The notes under the pieces were generated by a model. It did not search any database, was not told where the DNA came from, and was given only the letters and a program-made list of their open reading frames with translations. From positions 29,599-93,598 of the forward strand of contig AP018172.1 in assembly GCA_002368175.1 (NCBI GenBank): DNA of 64,000 nt. The letters run 5' to 3'. Positions 42,954-52,556 of the stretch are shown here, one piece after another (the first letter of the stretch is position 1; every line of letters begins with the position of its first letter). The position numbers were made by a program, and so were the translations under genes. Source of the stretch: Calothrix sp. NIES-2098. GTDB taxonomy: Bacteria; Cyanobacteriota; Cyanobacteriia; Cyanobacteriales; Nostocaceae.

Positions 42954-44840
42954 ATGAAATTTTCTTGGAAAGTCCTATTACTTTGGACATTGCCTGCTTT
43001 GGTAATTGGCTTTTTCTTCTGGCAAGGGGCATTTGCTAGTGCTCCTGCTGACATGACGAAAAATGCAGCCAATACCCGCATGACCTATGGCCGGTTTCTA
43101 GAATATTTGGACGCTAATCGCGTTAGTAGTGTGGATCTCTATGAAGGCGGTAGAACAGCAATTGTCGAAGCCGTAGATCAAGATATCGAAAATCGCGTTC
43201 AACGGTGGCGGGTAGATTTACCTGTTAACGCACCTGAGTTAATCAGCAAGCTTAAAGAAAAAGGAATTAGTTTTGATGCCCACCCCATGCGCAATGATGG
43301 AGCGATCTGGGGACTGTTAGGCAATCTCGTTTTTCCAATTTTATTGATTACCGGGTTGTTCTTTTTGTTCCGTCGCTCTAGCAATCTTCCCGGCGGCCCG
43401 GGTCAAGCAATGAACTTCGGTAAATCTAAAGCGCGCTTTCAAATGGAAGCTAAAACCGGAGTTAAATTTGACGATGTAGCAGGTATTGAAGAAGCTAAAG
43501 AGGAATTACAAGAAGTTGTCACCTTCCTCAAACAGCCAGAAAGATTTACAGCTGTTGGCGCGCGCATTCCTAAAGGAGTGCTGTTAGTTGGCCCTCCAGG
43601 AACTGGTAAAACTTTACTAGCAAAAGCGATCGCAGGTGAAGCTGGCGTACCTTTCTTCAGCATTTCCGGTTCGGAATTTGTGGAAATGTTTGTGGGTGTG
43701 GGTGCTTCCCGCGTGCGCGACTTGTTCAAAAAAGCCAAAGATAACGCCCCTTGTATTATCTTTATCGATGAAATTGACGCTGTAGGTAGACAGCGGGGTG
43801 CTGGTATCGGTGGCGGTAACGATGAGAGAGAACAAACCCTCAACCAACTGCTTACCGAAATGGATGGTTTTGAAGGTAACACTGGCATCATTATTATTGC
43901 TGCCACAAACCGTCCTGACGTATTAGATGCCGCGTTATTGCGTCCCGGACGCTTCGATCGCCAAGTAACCGTTGATGCACCAGACATCAAAGGACGTTTG
44001 GAAATCTTACAAGTCCACGCTCGGAATAAGAAATTAGATCCCAGTGTATCCCTAGATGCGATCGCTCGTCGTACCCCTGGTTTTACGGGTGCAGATTTAG
44101 CTAACTTACTCAACGAAGCAGCAATTCTCACTGCTAGAAGACGCAAAGAAGGAATTACCCTCACCGAAATTGATGATGCTGTGGATCGGGTAGTCGCAGG
44201 GATGGAAGGTACACCCCTGGTTGACAGCAAGAGTAAGCGCTTGATTGCTTACCACGAAGTGGGACACGCTTTGGTGGGAACTTTGTTAAAAGACCATGAC
44301 CCAGTACAGAAAGTTACTCTGATTCCTCGCGGACAAGCACAGGGTTTAACTTGGTTCACTCCCAACGAGGAACAAGGTTTGATTTCTCGTTCCCAACTGA
44401 AAGCGCGGATTACTGGCGCTTTAGGCGGTCGTGCAGCGGAAGAAGTAATTTTTGGCCCGGCAGAAGTAACCACTGGTGCAGGTGGAGACTTACAACAGTT
44501 GTCGGGGATGGCTAGGCAAATGGTTACTCGCTTCGGAATGTCAGATTTAGGCCCCTTGTCCCTAGAAAGCCAACAGGGAGAAGTGTTCTTAGGTCGTGAC
44601 TGGATGACGCGATCGGATTATTCTGAATCTATCGCTGCGCGGATTGATGCTCAAGTTAGAGCGATAGTAGAAGACTGCTACGAAACAGCCAAGAAGATTA
44701 TTCGCGACAATCGTAGCGTCACAGATCGCTTAGTTGATTTGCTGATTGAAAAAGAAACCATTGACGGTACAGAATTTCGTCAGATTGTGGCTGAGTACAC
44801 AGATGTACCTGAGAAGCCTCAGTATGTACCACAGCTATAA
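42954..44840 (+). CDS. ftsH: ATP-dependent zinc metalloprotease FtsH
   Basis: Two N-terminal TM segments, Walker A GPPGTGKT, Walker [13 protein letters not shown], and the HEVGHAL zinc site. Confidence 0.95.
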   Translation: MKFSWKVLLLWTLPALVIGFFFWQGAFASAPADMTKNAANTRMTYGRFLEYLDANRVSSVDLYEGGRTAIVEAVDQDIENRVQRWRVDLPVNAPELISKLKEKGISFDAHPMRNDGAIWGLLGNLVFPILLITGLFFLFRRSSNLPGGPGQAMNFGKSKARFQMEAKTGVKFDDVAGIEEAKEELQEVVTFLKQPERFTAVGARIPKGVLLVGPPGTGKTLLAKAIAGEAGVPFFSISGSEFVEMFVGVGASRVRDLFKKAKDNAPCIIFIDEIDAVGRQRGAGIGGGNDEREQTLNQLLTEMDGFEGNTGIIIIAATNRPDVLDAALLRPGRFDRQVTVDAPDIKGRLEILQVHARNKKLDPSVSLDAIARRTPGFTGADLANLLNEAAILTARRRKEGITLTEIDDAVDRVVAGMEGTPLVDSKSKRLIAYHEVGHALVGTLLKDHDPVQKVTLIPRGQAQGLTWFTPNEEQGLISRSQLKARITGALGGRAAEEVIFGPAEVTTGAGGDLQQLSGMARQMVTRFGMSDLGPLSLESQQGEVFLGRDWMTRSDYSESIAARIDAQVRAIVEDCYETAKKIIRDNRSVTDRLVDLLIEKETIDGTEFRQIVAEYTDVPEKPQYVPQL

Positions 44841-44862
44841 TCAATGATTTAAAACTTTTCAG

Positions 44863-44903
44863 ATGGGTATGGTTAAATAACCATACCCATTTTTATTTTT
44901 TTG
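44863..44903 (+). terminator. intrinsic terminator of ftsH
   Basis: ATGGGTATGGTT-AAAT-AACCATACCCAT (12-bp perfect stem) followed by TTTTTATTTTTTT. Confidence 0.85.
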
Positions 44904-45098
44904 TTGTGCAGATATGTCTACCAGCCTTATCTTTAATTAGCGATCGCTCTTGGTAAGTTAGGTAACTCCAAAGCTCTAAATGCCCATATAGCAAGTATTA
45001 GGTGACTCAGGTCGGGAGGTTTGTATCTATGCACAAAGGGCAATTCAGAAGTAAGAGCAATCAAATATGTTTGCACTTTCTATCGCCTAGAGCGTTCC

Positions 45099-45332
45099 TT
45101 ATCTAGGATGAATGTGCTGTCTAGGGCCCCAGCCTGGATTGATAATAGCGGCTAAATCTTCTTCAGATAATTTATTGATTTCAGTCTCTAATTCTTCCAC
45201 CGTGAAGTCATAGCCACGCTCTTTAGCAATTTGGATAAACGCTTCGGGATTGGCTGTGGCTTTCAGTCTTTGCTTTAATGCTTGATCTTGTTTTACAGCT
45301 TTAAAAAGTTGGGCAGCATTTTGTTGCGGCAT
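45099..45332 (-). CDS. Nif11-domain small protein (Nif11-like leader-peptide family)
   Basis: 77 aa; LFKAVKQDQALKQRLKATANPEAFIQIAKERGYDFTVEELE...LSEEDL matches the Nif11 N-terminal domain. The C-terminal tail is INPGWGPRQHIHPR, with no GG cleavage site. Confidence 0.6.
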   Translation of the reverse strand: MPQQNAAQLFKAVKQDQALKQRLKATANPEAFIQIAKERGYDFTVEELETEINKLSEEDLAAIINPGWGPRQHIHPR

Positions 45333-45984
45333 GACAGTCCATCTCCTGTTTGAAACATCAGATTTGAATTGAGTAATTTGACTCCTGTCGTTTTGCCAAG
45401 TGTAGTTGAGAATATTCTAAATAAGCTTATAGACTTTTATCTTAAAACTAATAACAAAAATAAATTGCTTTTGATAAAAAAATATAAGTTTTGGCTAATA
45501 CCAGCAAATTGAGAGCAATCTCCCAATTTTAAAGTGTGGCGATATTAAACTTTATATAGTTATTGAGCGATTTTAGAGTAAACCCGAAGACCACAAAACA
45601 TTGTTGCCAACACTATATGAGCCAAATTGAGAGCTTGGTAATCCAGAAAATTCACGAGCGATCGCTTAACTCAATTTACTTTAACAATGACTATCTATCG
45701 TTAGGAGGAAGACAGCGTGAATCTGAAGTAATAGTAATACAAAATTAAAGCATAGCTACTAACAAAGCCTAGGAATTAGCAAATCTGAGATTTATTCAAT
45801 TAGGAGTTTATCTGTTGTGTAATATACTTCTGTTTGAGTAGCAAAGCTATCTCGATAATTACTACCCGTGTTGACGATAACACTATATAAATTAATTTTG
45901 GTGCGGGGAGATGTATGCGAAATGAGGAAGCTATTAAGTTGTTGAAATAGCCGACTCTTCAGCGTCAAACCGCCTGCTAAATTT

Positions 45985-47007
45985 CTACAAAACTGCTCTT
46001 CGCAATTCTGGGAAAACTTTAGACACCTTACTCAATAAATAATCACCATAAGTTCCACAAAATTCATGAATGCTAGCTTTATCCCAACGTTCTTCGCGAT
46101 CGTCATTTATTATTACTCCATCTAAAGGAAGCGGCTTCACTTCCACATCAAAATTGGGATCGAAAAAGAAAGGGAACGAAAGGCGATCGCATCCTGACAG
46201 ATTTTGAACGCGATGAGGTGTAGAACGATACAAACCTCCAGTCATGCGATCGAGCATATCCCCAATATTGCAAACAAAAGAATCAGCAACAGGAGGCGCA
46301 GCAATCCAGCGTGACTGAGATTTCACCTGTAATCCACCTGAATTATCCTGTTTGAGAATAGTCAAAACACCATAGTCAGTATGTTCTCCTACACCCCACC
46401 TCTCTTCACCCTCATACGGTGGTAAATCTGAAGGATAGTTAAAAATCCGAAATAAAGTTAACGGATCGGATGTATAACGTTCAGCAAAATACGATTCTTC
46501 CAGTCCTAAGCTAAGAGCAATACCAGCCATTAGCCTATGTCCAAGTTGCGTCATCGCCTCCATATATTCCAGCACAGTCTCGCGGAATAAAGGAATGTTG
46601 GAAGGGAAGAGGTTAGAACCATGCATCGGTGTCCCAGCTTTTACAAGCGGATGATTTTCTCCTAGTTCTGCACCAAAGTAAATACCTTCTTTAATATCCG
46701 GTTTACCTGATGTGAGTTCACCCCCAACCGGAAAATACCCCCGCCATGCTTTTCCACCCAAAGCCATCCGAATTTCTAGTTTCGTTTCCAAATCCTGGGC
46801 GAAAAACTTTCGGCTGAGTTGTTCCAACCTTTGCTGCAAGCGTTCATGTACACCATGTCCGACAATGTAGAAAAACCCGCACTCACGACAAGCTTGTCCA
46901 ATTTTAGAAGCAACTGTTAGGCGATCGCCTTTTCCAGAGACTAAGGGACTAATATCGATTACTGGAACATACGAAAATCCTTCTTCCACAACTTGTGAGT
47001 TTTTCAT
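45985..47007 (-). CDS. 2-oxoglutarate/Fe(II)-dependent oxygenase (isopenicillin-N-synthase-like family)
   Basis: HxD...H facial triad context (GEHTDYGVLTIL ... STPHRV) and a DIOX_N-like N-terminus. Confidence 0.8.
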   Translation of the reverse strand: MKNSQVVEEGFSYVPVIDISPLVSGKGDRLTVASKIGQACRECGFFYIVGHGVHERLQQRLEQLSRKFFAQDLETKLEIRMALGGKAWRGYFPVGGELTSGKPDIKEGIYFGAELGENHPLVKAGTPMHGSNLFPSNIPLFRETVLEYMEAMTQLGHRLMAGIALSLGLEESYFAERYTSDPLTLFRIFNYPSDLPPYEGEERWGVGEHTDYGVLTILKQDNSGGLQVKSQSRWIAAPPVADSFVCNIGDMLDRMTGGLYRSTPHRVQNLSGCDRLSFPFFFDPNFDVEVKPLPLDGVIINDDREERWDKASIHEFCGTYGDYLLSKVSKVFPELRRAVL

Positions 47008-47334
47008 GTTACTCTCTTCCTCGTTGTGTGCGGTGTATAAAACTCACATCAAAAGAATTATGACGCAGATATTGTTGAACTGCTACAAGATTTAACAATA
47101 GTAGGGAAATCAATTATGAATTTATCAATTCTGTATTCAATTTGAAAATCTTCTATGACAGTAATCAAACTAATGTTTATCTTAAATAAGATCTTATTTA
47201 AATAAGCGATTAATCCTTGTTAGTGCCCATCTTTTGATAACTTATATTTATCCTTATCACAAGAAAGAGTATTTGTTGTTATTCATACAGCAGAATACAT
47301 TAAAGATATCAACTTAATTAATGCAAAAAATTTT

Positions 47335-47607
47335 ATGGATGCACCTACTACTACTAAAGATATAGATTGGAGTTCGATTCTTTGCCAAATCAAATATACA
47401 AAAGGTCAAAGCTTACCTACTTATCCTGGGGATTTGAAAATAGCATTGCTCAATCATACAGGACTAACAAATAATCCCAAAGCAGAGCAAGCATATCAGC
47501 TTGCTAGAGACATTGCTAGATTAACAACATACAGCGATCCAGAAATTGTCTATTGGTTCTCTCGTCTTATAGCTCTAATCGATGATGAAAGCTATCCCAA
47601 ATCATAA
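47335..47607 (+). CDS. hypothetical protein
   Basis: 90-aa ORF in an AT-rich region; no motif. Confidence 0.3.
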   Translation: MDAPTTTKDIDWSSILCQIKYTKGQSLPTYPGDLKIALLNHTGLTNNPKAEQAYQLARDIARLTTYSDPEIVYWFSRLIALIDDESYPKS

Positions 47608-47849
47608 TTTCTTAACCAGAAATCTAGCAGTCATCTCCTTCCAAATCATAACTTTAGATAGATGACAAGTAATTATCTAATGGAAATAAAAAAATATATT
47701 TCTCTGAAGTTTTGACAGAATAAAAAGCGATCGCCAGCAACAGATGTATACAAGATTTACTCAGTTTTTATGAATTGGCGATCGCGCTTAGTGCAATAGT
47801 AGACCCTTGAGTATGCCTTCTCCAGACTGCTCTATTTGTTTAGACAAAG

Positions 47850-48347
47850 TTAAGATCGCGGTGATGAAAAACTAGTTGCTGGTTTTGAACGCTGCTGTTG
47901 ATACAAGCTAACCACTTTTTGAACATAGGTAGCGGTGAAGCCACTGTCACAGCCTTGATATTTCCCTGTCATCCACCAACAAGCTACGCCACGCACCGCC
48001 GCAGTTTCGTTATTGTTTGTAGCGCGGAATTGCTGATTTAATTCTCGGCGCGTGATGCACGACACGACTTGGCGTGCTGTTGCAGGACTATTTTCAAACT
48101 GTGTTGGTGTTAGCTCTTTTTTCAGACAAGTCCTCGACCAACCTTTGAGGGTTTCTGGCTTGACTTGCCATTGGCTGTAAAGTCCATCGTTTTGAGAGCC
48201 TGTTTGCGGTGCAGCTTGTCGCAACGCCTCTACCATCGCTGCAACTTGAGTATCAGAAACTTGCTGTTGTGCTTGAGCTAATAATGGCGACAGTCCTAAG
48301 CTGACCAAGATTCCACCAAATATTAATCCTATGAAGTTTTTCCTCAT
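47850..48347 (-). CDS. hypothetical secreted Cys-containing protein
   Basis: Signal peptide (MRKNFIGLIFGGILVSLGLSPLLAQA) and several Cys in the mature part. Confidence 0.4.
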   Translation of the reverse strand: MRKNFIGLIFGGILVSLGLSPLLAQAQQQVSDTQVAAMVEALRQAAPQTGSQNDGLYSQWQVKPETLKGWSRTCLKKELTPTQFENSPATARQVVSCITRRELNQQFRATNNNETAAVRGVACWWMTGKYQGCDSGFTATYVQKVVSLYQQQRSKPATSFSSPRS

Positions 48348-48739
48348 GACTTTGGACTTAAGTTTAGAGAACAAAATGTAGCATACTATAACTTTACATT
48401 TGGTAATAATTTTAAAATTTGCAGTAAAACCAAGCTTAAAAGAGATGGGGCTAATAAAGACTGATGGGGAGCGAAATTTCCCCTATTGCCCGTTCTCCGT
48501 TAACTTTCATACTAGCTATAATTCTTACCAAATCTGCTTTCTCGGCTCTTATAAAATGCCTTACTTATTTTTCTCTGAAGAACAAGCCAAATTGGCATCC
48601 AACTTTAGGCTGATTGTGAGATTATAATTGCGGCAAGCAAATTGCATATTTTGAATAGCTTTTTTGACAATCAAATAACGCAAAACAAATTAGTGCCAAG
48701 CACATACTTGGTTATAACAACAGATAATTAATTCTGAAA

Positions 48740-49129
48740 TTGGGTAATTCAACAATGAATATTTCTGATTTAAGCTATTTGGAGAGAGTTGTTAATAAAA
48801 CCGCTATTCATGGCGGTATTGCTGTTACAGCACGTGTATGGGGAACTAGTACAGGTAACTCAGCAAGTGTTAGTACTCATGTTCAAGTGACGAGTGGAAC
48901 GTCATTTTTGGATGGATCTTGGGCTAACAGTATTGTTAGCGTAAACGTATCCGGAACTGGAGGTGATTTTACAGGCAATGTTGAGATTTCGGGTTTAACA
49001 GATGCGCATCAAGTTATTTTGACTGAAGCAGAGAATGAGTTCAGTATTGTTGTTAACCCTATCAATGTTGAAGCCTTTGTTTCAGATATCTTCCCTCCAC
49101 TAATATTTGAGCCATTGCTCACAAACTAA
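48740..49129 (+). CDS. hypothetical protein
   Basis: 129-aa ORF, Ser/Thr/Gly-rich; no motif. Confidence 0.3.
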   Translation: MGNSTMNISDLSYLERVVNKTAIHGGIAVTARVWGTSTGNSASVSTHVQVTSGTSFLDGSWANSIVSVNVSGTGGDFTGNVEISGLTDAHQVILTEAENEFSIVVNPINVEAFVSDIFPPLIFEPLLTN

Positions 49130-49674
49130 AATTGTCAATCATCATCCAATCAACTTTGTATATTCATGGCGATCGCTGATTCTAAAAACTGAGGCGATCG
49201 CTATTTATTTTTATGAAAAGCTCATGAGTACGTTACTAATCAAATAGTGTGATAACTTGTATTTATCAGTTTAAAAAAAAGGAATATTTGCTGCTATCAA
49301 GCAGAATAGATAGAGTATAAATAGGAGCTTGATAGATATAATAGGATGTATTTATATGCTAAATCACTTAAGAGAAATTCGTTATCAACAAGGTTGTCGC
49401 GATCGCGATGCGGGATCTTTGCCCAAAATGCAGGATTCTATTTATTTGGAGGCTTATCTCCAGGGAAGACCGGAAGGATTAGATGGGATTATTCAATACT
49501 TTCCTTCAATGGAGGCATACATGAAATGGAAACATAAAAATTTGGTTTCTTGAAACTTTACAGATGCAACCATTATTTAAATGTATAACTCAGACAAAAA
49601 TCCCCTGACTGAATCTAGTACAGGGGATTTTAGGTTGAAAGTTAACGGTTAACAAAGGTAATTATCTTATTCAC

Positions 49675-49714
49675 AAAAAAAGCGGGCTAACCGCTATTTA
49701 CATGGTTAGCCCGT
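49675..49714 (-). terminator. intrinsic terminator downstream of the DUF1257/ycf46 operon
   Basis: Stem CGGGCTAACC...GGTTAGCCCG (10 bp), followed on the minus strand by a UUUUUUU run (plus-strand aaaaaaa at 49675-49681). Confidence 0.6.
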
Positions 49715-49742
49715 GCAGCTTTGGGAACGCGCAGAGAAATTA

Positions 49743-50108
49743 CTATTGCAACACCAACTTGACGTTGGCATTTTGCAGACCGCGCTGTTTTACTTCAGCC
49801 AAGGTCTTGTTAACTGCATATTTTTGGTTGATGGAGTTGATCAACTCAGTTTGATTGTGCTTCTTAGCAACGCCCCACAGGTCAGCGATTAGGTCAAAAG
49901 AACCATCACTGTTGCGAGACCAACCGAGGTCATATTCGCCTTCCAACACAGCAACGATGTCAGAACGCACACGCTGACCGTTATAACCACGGACATCAGC
50001 TTCAGTCTTCACGCTGATACCTAGGTCGCGCAAGGATGCTTTGAGGATTTCTGCATCGGTGATCTTGGTGCGCAGAGTGCTAAAGTGAGACATTTGGGTT
50101 TCCTCCAA
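49743..50108 (-). CDS. DUF1257-family protein (partner of ycf46 in cyanobacteria)
   Basis: ~120 aa downstream of ycf46 in the same orientation. The sequence type (SHFSTLRTKITDAEILKASLRDLGI...) matches the slr0373-like family. The start may be the internal Met at 50093. Confidence 0.55.
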   Translation of the reverse strand: MEETQMSHFSTLRTKITDAEILKASLRDLGISVKTEADVRGYNGQRVRSDIVAVLEGEYDLGWSRNSDGSFDLIADLWGVAKKHNQTELINSINQKYAVNKTLAEVKQRGLQNANVKLVLQ

Positions 50109-50237
50109 AGAGAAGATTGAGAAAAAACGACAACGGTTTGTTTTTGGGGAAGCCGCGCTTAAATTAAAAGCGGCTTTTTTCTATAACTGCTAGCAGTAAA
50201 TGCTAGCCTTTCCCCCTGGGTTAGCAGGAGAAAGCTT

Positions 50238-51761
50238 TTAAAACTCCATTCGCTGATATTCAGCAACGGAGGATGCTGCGGGTCTAGCGCGCTGTCTGGC
50301 CCAGTCTCTCAACGCTGTGACCTGTTCTTGCATAGTACGAGACAACGGCAGTGTTGACTTTAGCGCAGCAATAATATCTAATTGGGTGAACTCACGCTCT
50401 TGGGCAAAAGCTTCGTACATTGCCGCAACAATCGCTTGTTCAATTTCTGCCCCGGAAAAGCCATCGGACATCTTAGCTAATTGTCCTAAATCGAACCTAG
50501 AGATGTCTTCACGACGCTTCGTCAGGTGGATGTTAAATATATCCTGACGTTCTTCGGGAGTGGGCAGATCCACAAAGAAAATTTCATCAAAGCGACCTTT
50601 TCTCAAGAATTCTCCAGGCAAGCGTTCCACTCTGTTAGCGGTAGCCATTACGAACACCGGAGATTTTTTCTCTTGCATCCAGGTCAGGAAAGAACCGAAT
50701 ATCCGACTGGAAGTACCACCATCTGAATCGCCAGAACCAGCACTACCAGCAAAGGATTTATCTAACTCGTCAATAAACAGAATCGTTGGAGAAATTGATT
50801 CTGCTGTTTTGAGGGCATTACGCAGGTTAGCTTCACTTCGACCCACCATTGAGCCGTCGTAAACTCTACCCATATCTAAGCGTAAAATTGGTAATCCCCA
50901 CAGTCGGGAAGTAGTTTTCGCAATTAGCGATTTACCACAACCTGGAACTCCCAGAATTAGCATCCCCTTAGGTTGAGGTAGACCGTACTCTCTAGCTTTT
51001 TCTGTAAAAGCGTTGGAGCGTTGCTTGAGCCATTTTTTCAGCTCTTCTAAGCCACCTACAGCATCAATGGTTTCATCTTCTTCGATGTACTCTAATATTC
51101 CATTGCGCCGAATTAGCTGTTTCTTCTCAGATAAAACTATATCTACTTCATCTTCCGTCAAACGCCCTGTAGTTACCTGTGCCTTACGATAGACTTTTTC
51201 AGCTTCGTCTTTAGTTAAACCCAAGGCAGCTCTTAGAAGCTTTTCTCTCGCCTCTGTTGTCAATCTTCGCCCACGATTTTGATCTAAATGGTGAGTTAAA
51301 ACTTTATTCAACTCAGCCATGTCTGGTAATTGAAAGTCGAGAACGACAACTTCCTTTTCCAATTCGATGGGCACTTGTTGAACCGGCGACATTAATATAA
51401 TGTTTTTCGGTGAATTAGGCGACGATACTTTAAAACTAGCGATCGCATCTCTTAGCGATCTTGCTGTCGCAGGTGCGTCTATAAATGGATGTAAATCTTT
51501 AAGAATAAATATACCGGGTTCTTTATGCCGAATAATCCACTCTATCGCTGCTTCTGGAGAAACGGTATTGTGTTGAGTGACATTCCGGGGTTGACCATAC
51601 TCCACGATGCCGTGAGTTACTGTCCAAACAAATACTCGACGTTGGGGCTTTAATAACTGGGCGATTGTGGAGATTGCCTGCTCAGCCCGCTCTTCCTCGG
51701 AGGTCACAAGGTAGATTAGAGGGTATTGAGCTTGAATTAGAATATTGAGCTCTTCTTTCAT
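50238..51761 (-). CDS. ycf46: AAA+ ATPase Ycf46
   Basis: 507 aa, Walker A GVPGCGKS, Walker B ILFIDELDK, and a characteristic N-terminal YPLIYLVTSEEERAEQ. Operon context with DUF1257. Confidence 0.8.
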   Translation of the reverse strand: MKEELNILIQAQYPLIYLVTSEEERAEQAISTIAQLLKPQRRVFVWTVTHGIVEYGQPRNVTQHNTVSPEAAIEWIIRHKEPGIFILKDLHPFIDAPATARSLRDAIASFKVSSPNSPKNIILMSPVQQVPIELEKEVVVLDFQLPDMAELNKVLTHHLDQNRGRRLTTEAREKLLRAALGLTKDEAEKVYRKAQVTTGRLTEDEVDIVLSEKKQLIRRNGILEYIEEDETIDAVGGLEELKKWLKQRSNAFTEKAREYGLPQPKGMLILGVPGCGKSLIAKTTSRLWGLPILRLDMGRVYDGSMVGRSEANLRNALKTAESISPTILFIDELDKSFAGSAGSGDSDGGTSSRIFGSFLTWMQEKKSPVFVMATANRVERLPGEFLRKGRFDEIFFVDLPTPEERQDIFNIHLTKRREDISRFDLGQLAKMSDGFSGAEIEQAIVAAMYEAFAQEREFTQLDIIAALKSTLPLSRTMQEQVTALRDWARQRARPAASSVAEYQRMEF

Positions 51762-51851
51762 ATCGACCTACTTGAGACCTTAGTACAGTACAGACATCGT
51801 TTCGGTGGTAACGACAACTGAATTATGAATTTAATTATTCATAATTCATAT

Positions 51852-52199
51852 CTAGCAAGGAACTAACTCTTCCTCACCCATAGGATGGGTTTTTTCTTCA
51901 TCCATTTCATCAATGGATATATCTTGATGACCAATTACCGCTGGTTGGTTATTTAAGGTAATTAGTTCTCCATCTCGCAACACCAAAGAACTTTCACATT
52001 CGGGGCAAGAATATACTCTATGAGTTCTTCCATAAGAAGAAGCTTCTATTTCTTCAACTAATTCTGAATTAGATAAGTAAAAAAATAGGGCGCGTTCTGC
52101 AAGATCTGACATTGGTTCAGAATCAACTGCTGAACGAATCTTCAGCCTTCTGTGCAGTTCCGGTGATAAATACAAAGTAACCTTTTGCTTCGTTTGCAT
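51852..52199 (-). CDS. small ribbon-helix-helix-like protein with C-terminal Cys motif, first gene of the ycf46 operon
   Basis: VTLYLSPELHRRLKIRSAVDSEPMSDLAERAL resembles an RHH fold; followed by CPEC. Confidence 0.4.
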   Translation of the reverse strand: MQTKQKVTLYLSPELHRRLKIRSAVDSEPMSDLAERALFFYLSNSELVEEIEASSYGRTHRVYSCPECESSLVLRDGELITLNNQPAVIGHQDISIDEMDEEKTHPMGEEELVPC

Positions 52200-52556
52200 A
52201 TAACTCTTTGACGGCCTTACCCGGGTATGTATATTACGTTATCGGTTCCCCTCTGGCTTGTCAAGACAGTAAAACGTTTTGACGGCAATATCGTTACATT
52301 TGTTTACAATATTGTCATTAGTCATTGGTCATTTATCCTTTGTTCAGAGTCCAGAGTCAAAGGTCAAAGCATTTCTTCCCGACTGCTTCCTGCATTACTG
52401 CTTTGTCTGTCTTAACTTCTCTTGCTTGGATAAAGTGGATGAAAGCAAAACCCCACCCTAAGAAAGGGTGGGATGGAAGGAAAAATGAATTGTTTTAGCG
52501 ATGCTGAGTTATGAGAAATGAGTGAGACTAGACTCATTGCTCAAAAGACCGGATGT

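Noticed and set aside
43439-44230. 263-aa minus-strand ORF antisense to ftsH (also 43617-43847 and 44249-44473)
   Set aside because: It lies entirely inside the well-supported ftsH CDS. Its Ser/Arg/Ala-rich composition is typical of an antisense frame of GC-richer coding DNA.
50101-50200. Plus-strand-oriented hairpin followed by a T-run (aagccgcgcttaaattaaaagcggctttttt) between two minus-strand genes
   Set aside because: The stem is short (5-7 bp) with a long loop, and the orientation is opposite to both flanking genes. Possibly an antisense or bidirectional element, but the evidence is too weak to call.
50238-51761. AAA+ ATPase as the missing CIS ATPase (Cis15)
   Set aside because: It lies 24 kb from the island in a separate operon with DUF1257 and matches the cyanobacterial Ycf46 family. 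It is not a CIS component.
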